Assembly: GCA_963664325.2 (NCBI GenBank)
Contig: CAXXDQ010000003.1
Location: forward strand, 1,088,001-1,152,000
DNA length: 64,000 nt
Direction: 5' to 3'
Source: Desulfomonilia bacterium
GTDB lineage: Bacteria > Desulfobacterota > Desulfomonilia > UBA1062
The notes beneath the pieces are model-generated. The model had not been told where the DNA came from. It did not search any database and worked only from the letters and a program-made list of their open reading frames with translations. The first letter of the stretch is position 1, and each line of letters begins with the position of its first letter. Position numbers and translations under genes: made by a program. Below are positions 62,416 to 64,000 of this stretch, piece by piece.

Positions 62416-64000
62416 ATGAAAATGTCCATTAAGAAAAATGTAATTCCGCATGATCAAATGATTGGAATGCCATTTATGAATCCTGCAGCGGATCACGAGC
62501 AAAGAATCGAGGATCTGTTGTCACGGCTCACGGTCGAAGAGAAGTGCCTGCTTTCAGCCGGCAAGAAAATGTGGACGACTAAACCCGTTCCCCGCCTGGG
62601 AATACCTCCATTCGGGATGACCGACGGTCCAAACGGTATGGCATTCCATTCCTCAGGCTTTAAAAGAAATACCGCCTATCCCACCAGTATCTGTATGGGG
62701 GCGGCATGGAACCCGGAGCTGGCCTATGATTTCGGCTTGACCTATGCCCGGGAGGTAAGGGCAGCAGGTAACAGGCATATGATTCTGGGACCGGGCATCA
62801 ATATTCATCGCTCACCGTTAAATGGACGCACTTTCGAATATCTTGGGGAAGACCCTTTCCTGGTCTCGAAATTGGTCGTGCCGATAGTAAAGGGGATCCA
62901 GAGTCAGCGGATAGTGGCATGTGTCAAACATTATGCATGTAATAACCAGGAAACCAGGCGGATGAACATCGATGCGATAGTTGATGAGCGTGCCTTGCAG
63001 GAGATTTATCTCCCTGGCTTTAAAGCGGCAGTCCAGGAAGCGGATGCACTTTCTTTGATGGCTTGCTACAACAAGCTCAATGGATTCTACGGATGTGAGA
63101 ATCCTGATTTGCTTATAAAGCGTCTTAGAAAGGAATGGGGATTCAGGGGCTTTGTCGTATCAGACTGGTTTGCCACAAAAGGCACCAGCGGTACTGATGG
63201 TTGTGTCAACGGAGGGCTAACCCTTGAAATGCCCACAATGGGCAGGTATAACAAGCTGGTTCCATCCAGAATCATTTCAGCCGTTCAGGCAGGCAGGATA
63301 AATGAAAAGACTCTTGACGAAAATATTCGCCGGTTGCTCCGGGCCATGTTTTTCGCAGGGCTTTTCGATGATCCCGGGACCTTGCCCAAAGGAAGCCGCA
63401 ACACCCGAGAACATTATGAAGTGGCAAAAAAAATAGCTCAGGAAGGCATGGTCCTCCTTAAGAATGAAAAGTCGTTTCTACCCCTTGATGTCAGTAAAGT
63501 TAAAAAAATCTGCGTACTGGGTCGGAATGCGAACAGAAAGCAGGCACTCCCGATAATAGGAGGCAGTTCTGCAGTCTGGCCGAAATATGAAATCACCCCA
63601 TTGCGCGGTTTGAAAAACAAGTTAATAAATAAAGCCCTATTCGTAAAGAAACCCTCTGATGCCGATGTTGTTGTAGTCGTTGTCGGGCTAAACCATAATC
63701 CCGGGAAAGATGCCGAAGGAAAAGATCGTCCGGGACTGGAACTGCCTGAAAAAGACATCCGGTTAATTATGGCCACGGCAAGAGCAAATGCCAACACAGT
63801 GGTGGTGCTGGTGAACGGAAGCCCTGTTGCGGTAGACCCCTGGATTGATTTAGTTCCGGCCGTACTTGAGTCTTGGTATGGAGGACAAGAAGCCGGTACA
63901 GTTATAGCGGATATACTATTCGGTGATACAAATCCTTCCGGTAAGTTGCCATTGACATTCCCCAGGAAGCTTGCTGATTCCCCGGCGCATGCAAGTCCGA
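62416..64000 (+). CDS. Glycoside hydrolase family 3 (beta-glucosidase-like); runs off the window, absent from the ORF track
   Basis: LSRLTVEEK, RLGIP, TDGPNG, GRTFEYLGEDP, KHY; nucleophile GFVVSDW; VLLKN; NPSGKLPLTFP. Confidence 0.93.
   Translation, partial: MKMSIKKNVIPHDQMIGMPFMNPAADHEQRIEDLLSRLTVEEKCLLSAGKKMWTTKPVPRLGIPPFGMTDGPNGMAFHSSGFKRNTAYPTSICMGAAWNPELAYDFGLTYAREVRAAGNRHMILGPGINIHRSPLNGRTFEYLGEDPFLVSKLVVPIVKGIQSQRIVACVKHYACNNQETRRMNIDAIVDERALQEIYLPGFKAAVQEADALSLMACYNKLNGFYGCENPDLLIKRLRKEWGFRGFVVSDWFATKGTSGTDGCVNGGLTLEMPTMGRYNKLVPSRIISAVQAGRINEKTLDENIRRLLRAMFFAGLFDDPGTLPKGSRNTREHYEVAKKIAQEGMVLLKNEKSFLPLDVSKVKKICVLGRNANRKQALPIIGGSSAVWPKYEITPLRGLKNKLINKALFVKKPSDADVVVVVVGLNHNPGKDAEGKDRPGLELPEKDIRLIMATARANANTVVVLVNGSPVAVDPWIDLVPAVLESWYGGQEAGTVIADILFGDTNPSGKLPLTFPRKLADSPAHASP

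Overview
A 64-kb stretch of bacterial chromosome, most likely from an anaerobic Desulfobacterota/deltaproteobacterial lineage. That assignment is an inference from the rplU-rpmA-obgE-proB-proA-nadD-rsfS-rlmH gene order, a second stand-alone DnaA homologue, sigma54 signalling, an ADP-forming acyl-CoA synthetase and AbfD. I found no prophage, transposase, CRISPR array, rRNA or reverse transcriptase. Core content: the rplU...rlmH operon, comEC followed by pilW-pilV-pilX-pilY1 and a PilY2-like gene, tRNA-Pro(GGG), a DEAD-box helicase, deoC and a ribokinase. Accessory content is rich in predicted lipoproteins and lipid/glycoside-acting enzymes: an SCDase-like amidohydrolase, a PKD+PQQ propeller, a heparinase II/III-like lyase, GH1, GH3, an alpha/beta hydrolase, and a lipoprotein homologue of the eukaryotic sigma-1 receptor/ERG2 sterol isomerase. 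Clear regulatory signals are a perfect 30-bp FadR-like operator, a putative sigma54 promoter with enhancer and IHF site, and a palindrome downstream of an AraC gene. Three genes are broken by mostly single-base homopolymer insertions, which look like long-read errors. All product calls come from reading motifs by eye; no database search was run.
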